This document shows positions 40,101 through 53,700 of a stretch of 64,000 nt of DNA, in pieces (position 1 is the first letter of the stretch; each line of letters opens with the position of its first letter). The stretch spans positions 8,254,655 through 8,318,654 of the forward strand of contig NC_134033.1 of the NCBI RefSeq assembly GCF_964204645.1, written 5' to 3'. This DNA is from Tubulanus polymorphus. Taxonomy: Eukaryota; Animalia; Nemertea. The position numbers were made by a program, and so were the translations under genes. Below the pieces are notes generated by a model. That model was not told the origin of the DNA. It saw nothing but the letters and a program-made list of their open reading frames with translations, and did no database searches.

Positions 40101-43100
40101 AAACATGTATATTAAAACATAAATGCCTATAGTGGAGCACAAGCAAGAGAATTTAGCATGTGTTATCTAAAGGATCTTTTTTATCATAATACTTGAATTC
40201 TAATGAAAAAATATTCAAAACATCTTTTTATATTTGAATGTCACTAGGATCTGGTTTATAGATAGAAATTTAAGTTAACCCGTTAGCACCTAGGCAATTA
40301 CAACATTGTTCTAATGAGTGACTCACTGGATGGAAGTAGATGTACCTTAAAAATAGGCATTTCAAGGCATCTTATATATATACATATATATATGATCGAA
40401 ATAGCTCCTTACCTATTTCATTTTCATGGATAACAAGTAAGGATCATTACAAAGTATAGGGCTATTTAATATAAAGTATGACACGGTGAGCCACCAAAAT
40501 CAGGACCTTTTGACACCGAAAGTCTGCTATTTTGTGTGAGGTCCAGAACATGATTTGCAGCAATTTCAACATTTGTGTGGCTAGTCAAAAATATTGAAAG
40601 AAAGCTAAAATTCTCAATAATTTCAAATGTTTACATGCTCGATGTCTACTTAATATCTGTGTATTAAGTTCCTGTCCTGATCAAATCATTCTTGTGCAGC
40701 CACTCGAAAAACTCGCACACTGGGGAATGGGCAGTTCAACAAGATGGACCCAGATGGCTTAGGTGCTGAGGAGTTAATATATAGGGGGTTAATATATAAA
40801 TATGGTGGCTGGCGACCATAAAGATGTCATATGTAACGGAAGTTGTAAGTTAATACTGGTCCGCAAAACTTGGTTCAGTTTGGCAGATTAAGTTAATACA
40901 GCTCTATAAAACTGGGTTGATTCAAGATTCAAGATTTTAGGGTTGAAACTTCTAAGAATTACATTAATACATGGTCGATAATACTGAGACCATTTGTTTG
41001 AAATCTGACAAAAAAGATTTGAGGAAATTTCATTAGAACCATTTCAATTGAAATGATCTCTATAGCTAAGGAAAGCAAAGCTAAATGAGAGATAGAGTAT
41101 TGATTGAATTGATTTGTTACCTGTTCCGGGAAGTCCTTTCACACCAGGATCGCCGGGAATACCCCGTTGTCCTGGGAGACCGTCACGACCATCAATACCG
41201 GGATTCCCATCAATGCCCTGTTCACCAACAACAGTTTCACCGACGCTACCTTTATTTCCTATCTGACCTTGAGGTCCCATGATACCAGTTTCACCGGATT
41301 TGCCATCGATACCGGGCAAACCTAGAAAGCAAATGAGAAAAAAAACACGTATCAACCTATATAGATATGTATACAACACATTTAGAACCAAACCCATTTT
41401 TCTGTACAGAAAAGAATTTTTGAAACAATGTGTTAGACAATTCAATTTCTCAAGTGGGATTGAGATGCATTATACAATTGATTTTTACCATTCACAATAT
41501 CAAAATTGTTCTGACTAATGCCCTCATGGGTGTTAGGCAATCATTTTTAATTCCGCTATGCAACTACCCGTTAGTGAATATGTATAGAAATCGTTGAAAC
41601 TCACCACAATCATACAGCGTGTTATGAGCCAAAAGTTTGCAATCGATTGCGGTTACAAAATATGCATAGATACCTATTAATCCATATTCAATCCCCCTGG
41701 TGGACGAGATGAACAAACATATACAGAAATCATCGCCTTAAAACTGAGGAATGGATGAAAAGTGGGCTTAAACGCTGAAAAAGAGTCATTACCAAGAACA
41801 AATATCACTGGGCCTGGTTTAAAGAAGGGTATCGAAGTCACAGTTACTATGTATAGGTACCTGGTAACTATGTTTGATGTTAACCATAACAAGAATGAAC
41901 TTATAAAAATGGGCTTGCTGACATGGTTGTACTGAAAGCTTGCTTAGTGGTTTTATATTTCTGTAGTAGAATTAATCGAACCTTGAACTGAATTTTTTTA
42001 AAGAGCTAAGAGATTGGTGTTGTCTTGCATTGTTACATGAAATGTTACACCCGGGGACTAGGGTTCGGAATGATTTTATTGTAGACGTGGACCAAATTAG
42101 TACAACCTTTTTGATGGTTGTTATTTGAATATTGTGTTGTCTTTACAGAATCTATCATCATGTTGATAATTGCTAGATTACTTATCGGATTGTGTTGAAA
42201 TGATTTTGCTGAACAGAAAAATTTACAGCTCAAAGAAAAAATGTGACTAACTTGAGTGACTTCAGGTGAAGAGAAGTGCACAATTTTTCTTTTTAAAATA
42301 ATTAAGACATCAAGCAAGAATAAGTTGCATTTCCTTCAACTGACAATCCACTATATGATCACCCGATAAAGTTTATGCAAAAGTTTATGGTGCGATCTAA
42401 TACGTACCCACTGAAATGACGGTCTATATTTAGTAACAAAGCACATGTATTTCCGGTGACTGAAAACACCTTGTTTCCAGTTTTCTCGCAATGCCATCAG
42501 GTTCGACTCCCAGCAGAGGGAGAATGTATACACTTAAGTAGTTAATTAGTTTAATGAATGTCTTGTCAATGTTTTATTTTGTCAATTTATTACATGTATA
42601 ATCCTATGAATGTTATATATGGCTCAACAAATATAAGTTCAAGTACATCAATGAACATATCAATACATACCTACAATGGGTTTTTATTTAACTCTACACT
42701 GAGATAGTTAATGAACATATCGTTTCCTGCAGAAAACAAATTTGTTGTAAATCATTGATAAACAAATACGATGACGAAAATTGTAATTAAAAACCCTAAA
42801 ATAGCTTAAATACAAAAATTATGATATTTAGCCAATGACAAGACCTTCTCATTTCGAATTTTTTCGACAATCATTAAGTATTACTTTTGAAACCTTATCA
42901 CTCATGTACGAGAGGAGCTAAGGCATACGGTGAGCTCGATGATATCACTCTTTAAAAAAGAAATTGAAGAAAGGAACTGTTACCGAATTCACACTAACTA
43001 ACAAAACTGGATATCGAAAACTAATAATAATACTTCACCATTCTTCATTTATCTAATTGCCTATATGGTCTACATCATTGTAGTCTTTCAGCCAGATAGA

Positions 43101-46100
43101 ACACGAAGAGAAAATTGAGAAGAGATCTAGCCCACAGATCATTGGTACCAAGTTTTATATTGATTTGATAAAAACTGTAGGGCTAGTAGCAATTCATAGA
43201 AATATGGGACCTAGCCTCTAGAACATCCCATGGGGGTCAAATTCAAACTAGGGGTCCAGGGAAACCATGCCCACTTGGGAAGTGGTTTCGAATGCTCAAC
43301 AATTTCAATATTCAATACCCCATCCATTGACCTTAAAAAAATGCAATGACCTTGAACTCACATGTCAGCAGCTACGATTTTTTAATAGACTGTGGTAACA
43401 AAAATGCCTAGTTACCAATATAATATGGAAATACTAAATTATTCTACTATTCAACGCCCCCTGGTGACCATGTAGAACATGTCAGCAGCTACGATTTTTG
43501 AAATTGATTGTGCTAACAAAATATGCCAAGTTACCACTATAATTAGGTGCCAATACAATAAGGGAATACTTATGTTATTGTATTGCACAACCCCCCTGGT
43601 GGCCATATACAAAAACCAATGACCTTGAATCTCACCACAATTATAGATCATGTCATGAGCTACAACTTTCCAATTGATTGTGGTAACAAAATATGCATAG
43701 GTACGAATATAATATGGAAATACTAAGTTATTGAATTGTTCAACATCCCATGGTGGCCATTTACAAAACCAATGATCTTGAAACTCACCACATTCATAGA
43801 ACATGTCAGCAGCTACGATTTTGTAATTGATTGCGGGAACAAACTATGCCTAGTTACCAATACAATATGGAAATACTAAGTTATTCTAGTTATTCAACGC
43901 CCCCTGGTGACCATATGCAAAGCCCAATGACCGCGAAACTCACTTAATTCATAGAACATGTTATGAGCTACAACTTTGCAATTGATCATGGTAATAAAAT
44001 ATGTCTATACCAATATGATAAGGAAATACTAAGCTATTCAACTTTCAATGCCCCCTGATGACTATATGGAATAACAAATGACCTTGAAACTCAGCACAAT
44101 CATTGAACATGTCATGAGCTACAACTTTTCAACTGATTATGGTAACAAAATATGCATAGATAGGAATATAATAGAGAAATACTAAGTTATTGCATTGTTC
44201 AATGCCCCCTGGTGGCCATATACACAAACTAATGACCTTGAAACTCACCACAATCATAGAACACGTCATAAGCTACAACTTTGAAATTGATTGTGGTAAC
44301 AAAATATGCTTAGGTATCAATATAATGTGGAAATACTTTTTTCCACCTACGAATGAGTACTGATGACACCAAGATGGCCGCCAACTGCGTTATAAATGAC
44401 TGATCAAAATACCTGCATCACGTATAAAAGATCTCTTTTCAAAGAATACCCATCACAAATTGCAATGAAAAATGGCAAACCATTAGGAAGTTGCATGACT
44501 CAAAATTCTAAGGATCAAGGTAATTGATAAAAGCGTCTTCAAAATTTCCCTTGAAAACTTCAAAAATGTGTAAAATGTGCTAATTTGGTGAGCCCATAAT
44601 TCCTCCGACCACTTCATGCATCCCCTGCAGGTAGCGGAGCAGTCGCAGATGGTGCCCCGCTTAGCCTTTCGGCAAGCACAGCGAAATTTGTGTGAGTCCC
44701 CTTCCCCCAAACAAGAGGCCCACGGGCTTTATACCTTCATGACGCAATAGAAGAAGAATGATCCAGTATTCAAAGTTTTACTGAAAGATCTACATTGTAA
44801 CAATGTAACAAGTTTTAAAATAGTTAAGATGGTATAGGCTATGTGGCGATAATGTTAATTTTCTGTTAATTCATCCTCACATGAAGAGACAAGCCAATTT
44901 TAGCTGCTCCACAGATCACACTACATGAAGAAATGCATTAAGAATTGGTGTAGGTATCGTGCTGAAAAAAAATCCAAGATGGATAGCAACCCTGGCGGCT
45001 ATACTTGAACTCAATTTTCAATAAGGAGTAGACATCTGACCTACCAAAATTCTTACACCTAGTATCATCAAAATGCATCAATAATTGAAGGCCATTTCGT
45101 GCTAGAAATTCAAGATGGCTGACCAGGCGGCCATTTTTAAAAGCCGATGACCTCCATATCCAATAGGCATGGACAGCTTACCTACCCCATCTAAATCCAT
45201 CAAGAATTGCGGGCTGCATTGTGCAAACAAGAAATTCAAGATGGCCACCCCCATGGCAGCCATATCTGATCACCAATGACCTTTTTTCACAATAGGGGGG
45301 TGGACATCTCGCCAGACCCAATCTTCAAGCTAATTTTCAAAAAGATTCATCGCAAATTACAGGCAAATTACTGTGTCGAATTCAATTCAATTCCAGAGGT
45401 CCTGGCTTAGGCCTATGCAATGGGAGTCAATTAAGATTCAACTTTTTGAAAAACCAGCACAGATGCCTATTAATATCACATGTAATTCAAAAATTCAGTG
45501 GTTCTTAGTTTGTTATCCCTGTTTTCATCGTTCACATGGTTCAAATCATTGTTAACATCAAACGTCTTCAACAGCTGATATAACCGCACCCGTGTCTGTC
45601 AATCGTCTTAATTGATTCATATACTAAAATGCTCACTATGAAAAAACTATGCGGTGAATCAATCCGGAATTTTTCAGTAGAATGTCAGACACTAGGTACC
45701 TTTCTTCAGGTTTATTTGTTGTATGTCATTCACAATCAGTTACATATACGAAAGATCAAGGTAATTGATCAAAGTGTCTTCAAAATTTTCCCCAAAAACT
45801 TAAAAAATGTGAAAAAATGCTGATTTTGGCAAACAACAATGGCTTCCAGTCGGCCATCTTGATTCTGACAGTGCCAGCTTTTGGGCTGAAGATGTGTCGA
45901 GGGTAGATTCATGTGTAGCCCAAATATCCAGACATTGCGTTGAAGCATCTTTTAAACTTTCCAAAATAACTGGATTCCGTCTAACGGATGAACAAACAGT
46001 GAACGCAATAGCCCGCTGGGACTAATTATGACTGAATCAGGACACATGCCTCCTATGATCACATAGATAACCTTGTGCCCCGTAAACATCCATAAGAACA

Positions 46101-47738
46101 CAAGACATATAAGGAATCAATTTACCTGGCAATCCTCGTTCACCTTTCATAGAGAAACCTGGACGTCCTGCTTGTCCTGCAAGACCAGGCTTTCCGTCTT
46201 CACCTTTTGGTCCACGTAACCCGATCTCACCATCTTTACCAGGTCTGCCGATACCACCGGTCTCACCCGCCAGTCCAGTCGGCCCGGGGGGTCCTGGCGG
46301 CCCGATTCTACCCCCACCTGCTTCTCCACCACCTGATAAACCCTGCAATTACAAATGTTACACTTACAACGGCTATCACAAATATCTCGAAAATTATGTC
46401 ATGACCTTTTCTAATTTCTAGAATTCATATAATTTACTTTGCATAATGTGACTTAAAAAATTCTTTTCAACTAAATCATACAATCCATCAGCCAAGGTAA
46501 AATTCTAGTAAGATTTAACCTCACGAGGTACCTGAGCAAATTGTCTTGTCAAATTGACCTCGGCTCTGGTGTTCACTAATCATTAGTGAAAGTCAGTCTA
46601 TAGGCCTGATACACGGTTCATACTAAGTCCTTCCTGGCATGTTGCTGCTGACTAAACTGGGCCGGTGAAACATATTTGATATCATCCGATGTATGCAACA
46701 AAATCAGCTATCATCTTAGATGGACATGGCGATTGGAAAAACCTGAGAACAAGTGGCGAGAAAATCATACTTACTGGTTCACCAAGTAAACCATCTTCAC
46801 CCTTAAAACCTTTGGGACCGCGATTTCCTTTTGAGCCATTTTCTCCGATTGATCCTGGCGAACCAGTGTCACCTTTTATGCCTTTTCGGCCCATAGCTCC
46901 TGACGGGCCTTCTTTGCCGCGCTTTCCCTGTTGACAAAAATGACCCATAAATCTGTGAAAGTTGTATATATAAACCAACAATTAAGCTATATATACTTAG
47001 GAGTTGATACTGTATGGCGGTATGTCCATTATACTTTGCACCGCAAGTGAAATATTTCAAATTTTCTCCACAGTTCAGGGCGAGAGAAACTGTTAATTGT
47101 GAAAGGCTAAATCATTTTGGACAATATTCGATCCTCTCCCTGTGCGGTGAACAAACTGGGTAGAGCCAGAGCTTAACATCACCTGATTTATATGCTTCGA
47201 GACATATGAACATTTTCAAAATAACTTTTCCACAACTTACCCTACGCCCTGGGCCTCCTTCCTCTCCTTTCACACCCTTTTCACCAGGTAACCCTGACAA
47301 ACCCTAGAAAAAAACATTTCATCAGACGATCCACTCAATAACTTAGAAAATTAAAACTTAAGCCGATTCACATGTAGATACTAGACAAAATGGCTGACTA
47401 CATAAAATTCCCCTATCACATCACCAATTGCCTTAAGAATAACCATAAAGGTTTTTTAGTTAATTGTTGATATTGCAAAGCAATCTTTCTACGAAGGAAG
47501 TCATCTTTTCTAGACGAGTATGTCAGTATACTTACATCTGGTCCTCGACGACCTTTGAAACCGTCCGGACCAGTTGGGCCTTTTATACCCAGATCACCCT
47601 TATCTCCTTTCATTCCACGTGTTAGGTTCCCCTGCAAACTGGTACTCGGTAATGTGCCCGGCGGCCCTGGAGGTCCAGGCGGACCCACATCTCCTTGGTC
47701 ACCCTGAAAAAACATTTTCATCCCGCCTTCATGTTCAG

Positions 47739-47793
<55 letters not shown>

Positions 47794-50700
47794 ATCCAGG
47801 CATTTTTCACACAAACCTTTCCTCCCTTTCGGTTTCGGATAGCTCCACCAGGAATCCCTGGTAATCCTCGAACACCTCGTTTTCCAATTGGACCCTGAAA
47901 TGATGCTTCAAAATTAATGACATCGTACTGTACTTAAATTCGATTCATCAAAAGTTCCACATAACCGATATATACATTATCAGATGAAATAAGGTAATTC
48001 TATCAAATGTGACTTTTTTGATAGTTCATTGGACATCTAGTAAAAACCCACAGTCACTTATCTATGGAAACCAATCATGATACATGCTATATTCTTCATG
48101 TACTTAAATGAAAAGATTTTCTTAAATTATAGTGCTTTCAGTGATTAATTACTAGTAACATTACGGAAATATATTATATATAATTAATATATTCCAGCTG
48201 ATCAAAATATTCCGACTCGATGTGAAGTCAATTACATGCATTGCACATGATTTTGTCTGGACAATGCGTGTTCTCAGCTACAAATGGAACATATCAGGTA
48301 TGATGAATCGTAGGCAAATGATTGAATAAATTTACTGACCTGTGGCCCGGGATCTCCGGGGAAACCTTTCTCACCGGGTGAGCCATTTATACCGGGTAGA
48401 CCCTAAAAAAGGACAAGGAATAAATAGGACTGTCGGCAGGCAACTTTAATAAAAATCAGCAAAAATTCCAAAAACAAATGCAATTCTGTATTTAGATCTA
48501 TAACAAGAGGCCCATGGGCCTTGAAGCATTTGTAGATTAAAGCGTGGTAAGTGGTTAAAATGTTTTACATCTAACAGCAAATGTTCTATGACGATGTTGA
48601 TTGGGAGGACCACAGACTTAAGTTCAATTTGTGTTAGTACGATTTTCATTTATGCTGAAAATGAATTTCATTTTTTCGGCCAAACTATTTAGCCTAGGCT
48701 ATTTGTACTGTTAAACCTCAATAATGCAATTCAGTTTTAAAGGCGAAAAACTAGTTTATTCTGATGTTTTCCATCATGTCCTGGCCAAGATATTTATACC
48801 AATCAAGATTTGGATCCAAAAACCCATTTTTTCGCACAAACTGTTAGGCCCTACTGAAGAATAATGGACAACAATAACAGAACGATTTTTCTGAATGCAA
48901 TTGCAAGATCCTCTGATTCATAACAGGTACGTAGATCAACCAGTCAAATATACGCATGCAAAACGTCGCACAGAGCGATGCCGGTGTTGGTGTCACTGAG
49001 TCCGGCTGATGGTTGTTTTTTTTGTCTTTTTGTTTGTTTGGCTTTACGTCGTTTGGATCTTGGTTTCCCAAGACTAACCCTATTGGCTTGTTCATTTAAC
49101 CTCATGACAGTACAGCCTTTGAAGTGTTGCACGCACACTGCACGGAGCACAGGCACTCGCTTGGGATACATACAGTTGCTGGGGTTTTTGATAGTGTATT
49201 TGTGTTTTCATCCATTATTCTGCAATAAATCCGAGAAAAAACGTCTTGGTACTGATACGTTTAGAAAGATAATGGCCGCTGGCGCTGGCTCCACAACACG
49301 GCGACCTCACAAAATACTGAACAAACTTCGTTTTTCAATCTAAAATCAAAACTTATATTTTATATGACACTTACTAGTGATATGACAGTTATATATCCTA
49401 TTATTCCATCCAATTGTGAGACACTATCAATTTGTGAAACGTCTTTAGTAATATAAAAGAAAAGGTAGTTGACGAAGCGTGAACGTAAAGGAAAAACTTT
49501 ACAGGCGTTGAGACAGCAACACTAGGTCACTCAGCGGTTGAACGACGTTCGGTGACCTAGTGTTGCCGTCTCAACGCCTGTAAAGTTTTTCCTATACGCT
49601 CACGCTTCGTCAACTACCTTTTCTACCTTTTCTTTTATATTACTAATGACGTTTCACAAATTGATAGTGTCTCACAATTGGATGGAATAATAGGATATAT
49701 AACTGTCATATCACTAGTAAGTGTCATATAAAATATAAGTTTTGATTTTAGATTGAAAAACGAAGTTTGTTAGTGTTTTATGAGGTCGCCGTGTGTGGAG
49801 CCAGTGGCCATTATCTTTATAAACGTATCAGTACCATGACGTTTTTTCTCGGATTTATTGCAGAATAACCACTCAAAACACAGATACACTATCAAAAACC
49901 CCAGCAACTGTATTCCAAACCCATCGGAGAGTGCCTGTGCACGGAGCCAGCAGGACTCGAACCCACTTGTCGTCACTCAGCACTGATAGTGGATTCAACA
50001 GCATCACGCCTTATCTAACCATCGCAATGTTGCAATTTACAACAAACGTGTAAATTTAATCACTGTTGTGGTGTTCACCGCATGGAAAAGAGTTATTTTT
50101 CCCAGCGCACATTACAATGTGAATCTATATGTCGAGTGTGTAACGGGCTGCTACCGCCTTTTGAGTGCGCAGAAGGCGGACAGAGTGAAAAAAGTGAAAA
50201 CTTGTCTTAGAATATAGCCGAACCGATGGAATTTTACAATAAACTGTCAGTCAACTGAATGATGACACAACATGGTTGTTCTCGGAGTAATTAACAATGA
50301 TATTTTCCTCCAATAAACAACTCTGATAAAAATGAATAAAGTGATCTATCTTTATTGGTGATATCGTATCATGGTGGTAGCCTACCGTTTACCGTTTGAT
50401 ATTTCGTGTCATCATGAAATGGTTTTAACTTTAGTAAAGGCGTTCCAACACCACAATCACATAACTTACCTATACGAGTTCAGTCACGAATAGGCCTGCC
50501 ATTCCACTGCTCTAGCAATATGTATTCTGCCACTGAGAATTAATCCCAATTAATCCCATGGCTAGTGATAGTTGGAATAACAGTGATATTCAAACATTAT
50601 ATTTATAAATCAGAGGTACATAATCTTGTTTTTCTATTCAGAAGAGGCCGTTCCCCATTCTTTACTGCCAATGTCAATGCGGACATATCACTCCGCGACA

Positions 50701-53700
50701 GTTAAACCCGCTCTAATCTACCAGATAACTTACGAGAAAAATGCGATAAAATAACTTTTTGGACCGTTAAATCAGAAATCTGGCGACGCAAAAACTTTTA
50801 ATTTTTTCTTACTATTTGTCCATCTCGTCCAGAGTCACCGGGTTGACCGTTCAATCCCAGACCAGTTCCAAGTAAAATCAATTCACCACGACTTCCCTAA
50901 AAATAATTAGTAATGAAAAAAGACATTTCTATGAATGAAAACCTCAGAAATATCAGACAAAGAATTTTATCATTAAATTTGCAAACGTGAAGCTCCTAGA
51001 GAACTAGTCTCGCCTTGAGTCTAGAAATTAAAAAAGTCAAAAATGCATTTCATTATAAAAAAGTTTTATACAAAGCTGAATTTTGAAGAAAACTAGTCTT
51101 TTCCTGCATTTGATTTTCGAAAACAATTTGCAGTTCATACATTACCGGTTCGCAAACCTAAAGCTGCATTTCGACAAAAAAAGTTAGTTTCTTCCTTGAG
51201 TTTCCAAATTCACTTTAAAAAACTTTAAGCTGCATTTAAAAGAAAACTAATTCCTTCCTGAAAACACCTGATTGAAATATTCATTCAACTTTTCCGAATA
51301 TCCCCCTGGATCATAGTTTGAGGATTTGAGAAAAATCGAATCATTTCTTTGCTTTTTCATTGGAGAAAATATGATATTATTTACCTTTGGACCAATAAGT
51401 CCAGCGAATCCACGGGGTCCTTTAGGACCAACAGTCAGTGGTAACCCAGGTTCTCCTCTCGCCCCCTGGAAAATTATTAAAGCACCTCTTTTTAATTATG
51501 TCAGCACCCCTCTAAAAATAAAAAATTGTCGAAAAAATCCCTCCACGCTCAAGAGATATAAAAAACTGCTGATCTTTACCTTGGTGCCGTTGCAGCCATC
51601 AAATCCTTGTGGCCCCTGTGATCCTGCAGCACCATCACGTCCCTAAAGGAAAAATATCACTTAACCTGGGCAAAAGTTTAAATACAACAGTTGCAGGGTT
51701 TGATTTTAAGCTGGCAACACTTATATCAACTAAACATATGTAAGGATAAAACTGACTTTTTTTAGAAACTTGACTACAAAGGCAAGATAACTTGATTCTC
51801 AATTGTTCGGCAAGGATTTGAATCTGATAGTCACAGAATAACAAAACTCTGCTCTAGTCAGCCGGGCATCATCAGAAATCCGCTTTACAGAGCGAATATC
51901 AACATACAACGGGAAATAATTGGCTCGATGAATTTTTGATAGATGTGCACACATATTCTACTAGGGCAGTGGTTTGTACTTTGACAAGAGCCCCATGATC
52001 TTATCAGGTCCGAATCCCTACCGGGGGTGTCTACTAGGACAGGGGTTTGTACTTTGACAAGAGCCCCATGACGTCACCAGGTTTGAATCCCTGTAGAGGG
52101 TGGATGTGTCTATAAGACAGGGGTTTGTACAGTGGCAGTCTCATGTTTAATCATTGTATTCTTAAATTCTTGCTGATGGGGATGTGTCGACTAAGGCATG
52201 GTTTGTACTGTGGCAGTCTCCAAGATGTAATCAGGTTTGAATAATAATAAGAAAGAACCATGAAACTAATCTTATCTCATTAGTCAAATTGTCAAATTTA
52301 TATTGTTTCACAATTTTTTGGGTTTAAAAGCCTATTGAAACATCTTACTAGGACAGTGAACTCATGCTAGCACAAAATGAATTACTCTTATCCACCAATC
52401 TTCTCTTCTTATAGGAATTCCTACCATTAGAAACGTGCTATGACAAAAAAATTGCATTTGTACCTCATTCCATAGCCCTTATAGTTATATTTGATTTATT
52501 TAGTTCAAATTAGCAAAATATGTTTAACCACAATATATTCAAGTTTGACTCATAAGTATAATAACGTCGAACTTGCTCTCAAGTGCAGATTTTTATCTAA
52601 TGCAGACATCATTTATGGTCAATCTTAATGTATGAATGTTTAATCTGAAATGAATTCTGATTCTGTGTTAGAATTTTCAATTGAACATTCATGAATTGAA
52701 AGTGAACTGATTCTAAAAACCCTGATTCTAAAAACTGGCTTCCTACGTTTATCAAGAATTTTCCCAAATAGAACAAAACTATTTTAAGGCAGTACTTACA
52801 GGTATCCCAGGTACACCAGTAAAACCAGGGGGTCCTTTTTCGCCCTAAAATTAGAAAAAACAAAATTAACATTAAATAAAGTTTGAAATCAACCTAATTT
52901 TTCAATACATCATGGATGTGACCTGGAGCCACATCTGTGTAAAAATATTTTCTTCAGGTTTATTCTCAGAAAAACTCTATTTCTTAGCTATTCAAACGAG
53001 GTTTTGTATCTCAAGCCTAGCTTAATGAAACTATTCCCAGTACGGAAGACCCCAATAATCCTGATCAGCTTTGATCTAATCCGACTATACCATATATTTT
53101 CGATCCACCTATACCCTCTCATAGAACAGTTCGTTGGCCTGGCCACAATATATTTGAAAGCAGGTTCTACCACAAATTGAAATACATTTTTTCTATTGAT
53201 AACATAGGCCAGGGCCAATTGACGACTGTCAGCAGCTTGATCCTCTGCGACGGCCTCAACAGTTTCCACCGACTCATGCAGCCACTTGCAACGAGTCGCA
53301 TGTGTTGTGACGTCGTGCCAAGTTGCACATGTGCTACTTTTTGCAATGGGATTGTCTCTTCTGTTAACCATCTGGGATAAAATGCTTTAGCCTCGATCAT
53401 ACGGATATGATTTGGCCCACATTAGGCCAGAGTCAAATTTGGCCAGTGCCGAATTAGAGAGCGCATTCACTCGTTACCCATTCACTTGATACTAAACAAT
53501 GCCTTGACAAAGCTTAGTGAGTCACTTCTGGAACCAGTTGCAATTCACATGCAATAATTTGACCCATGCCTGGTCCGATGTTTTTTGGACAAAATTTGAC
53601 CATAGCCAAACAGACAAGGGTCCATTTAGCAGACCAGTCGGAATGGTTGTCCCAGTTTTGTGACCAGTTGCAACTGATCGTGTTGTGTCCCAATCCCAAT

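Noticed and set aside
44590-44710. Cys-rich CXC-like peptide (RCACRK...[10 protein letters not shown]) on the minus strand
   Set aside because: An isolated ~40-codon fragment between repeats; at most transposase debris.
45182-45190. 9-nt AG|ATGGGGTAG|GTAAGC microexon candidate
   Set aside because: It lies in a repeat, has a poor pyrimidine tract, and would replace a required Gly with Asp.
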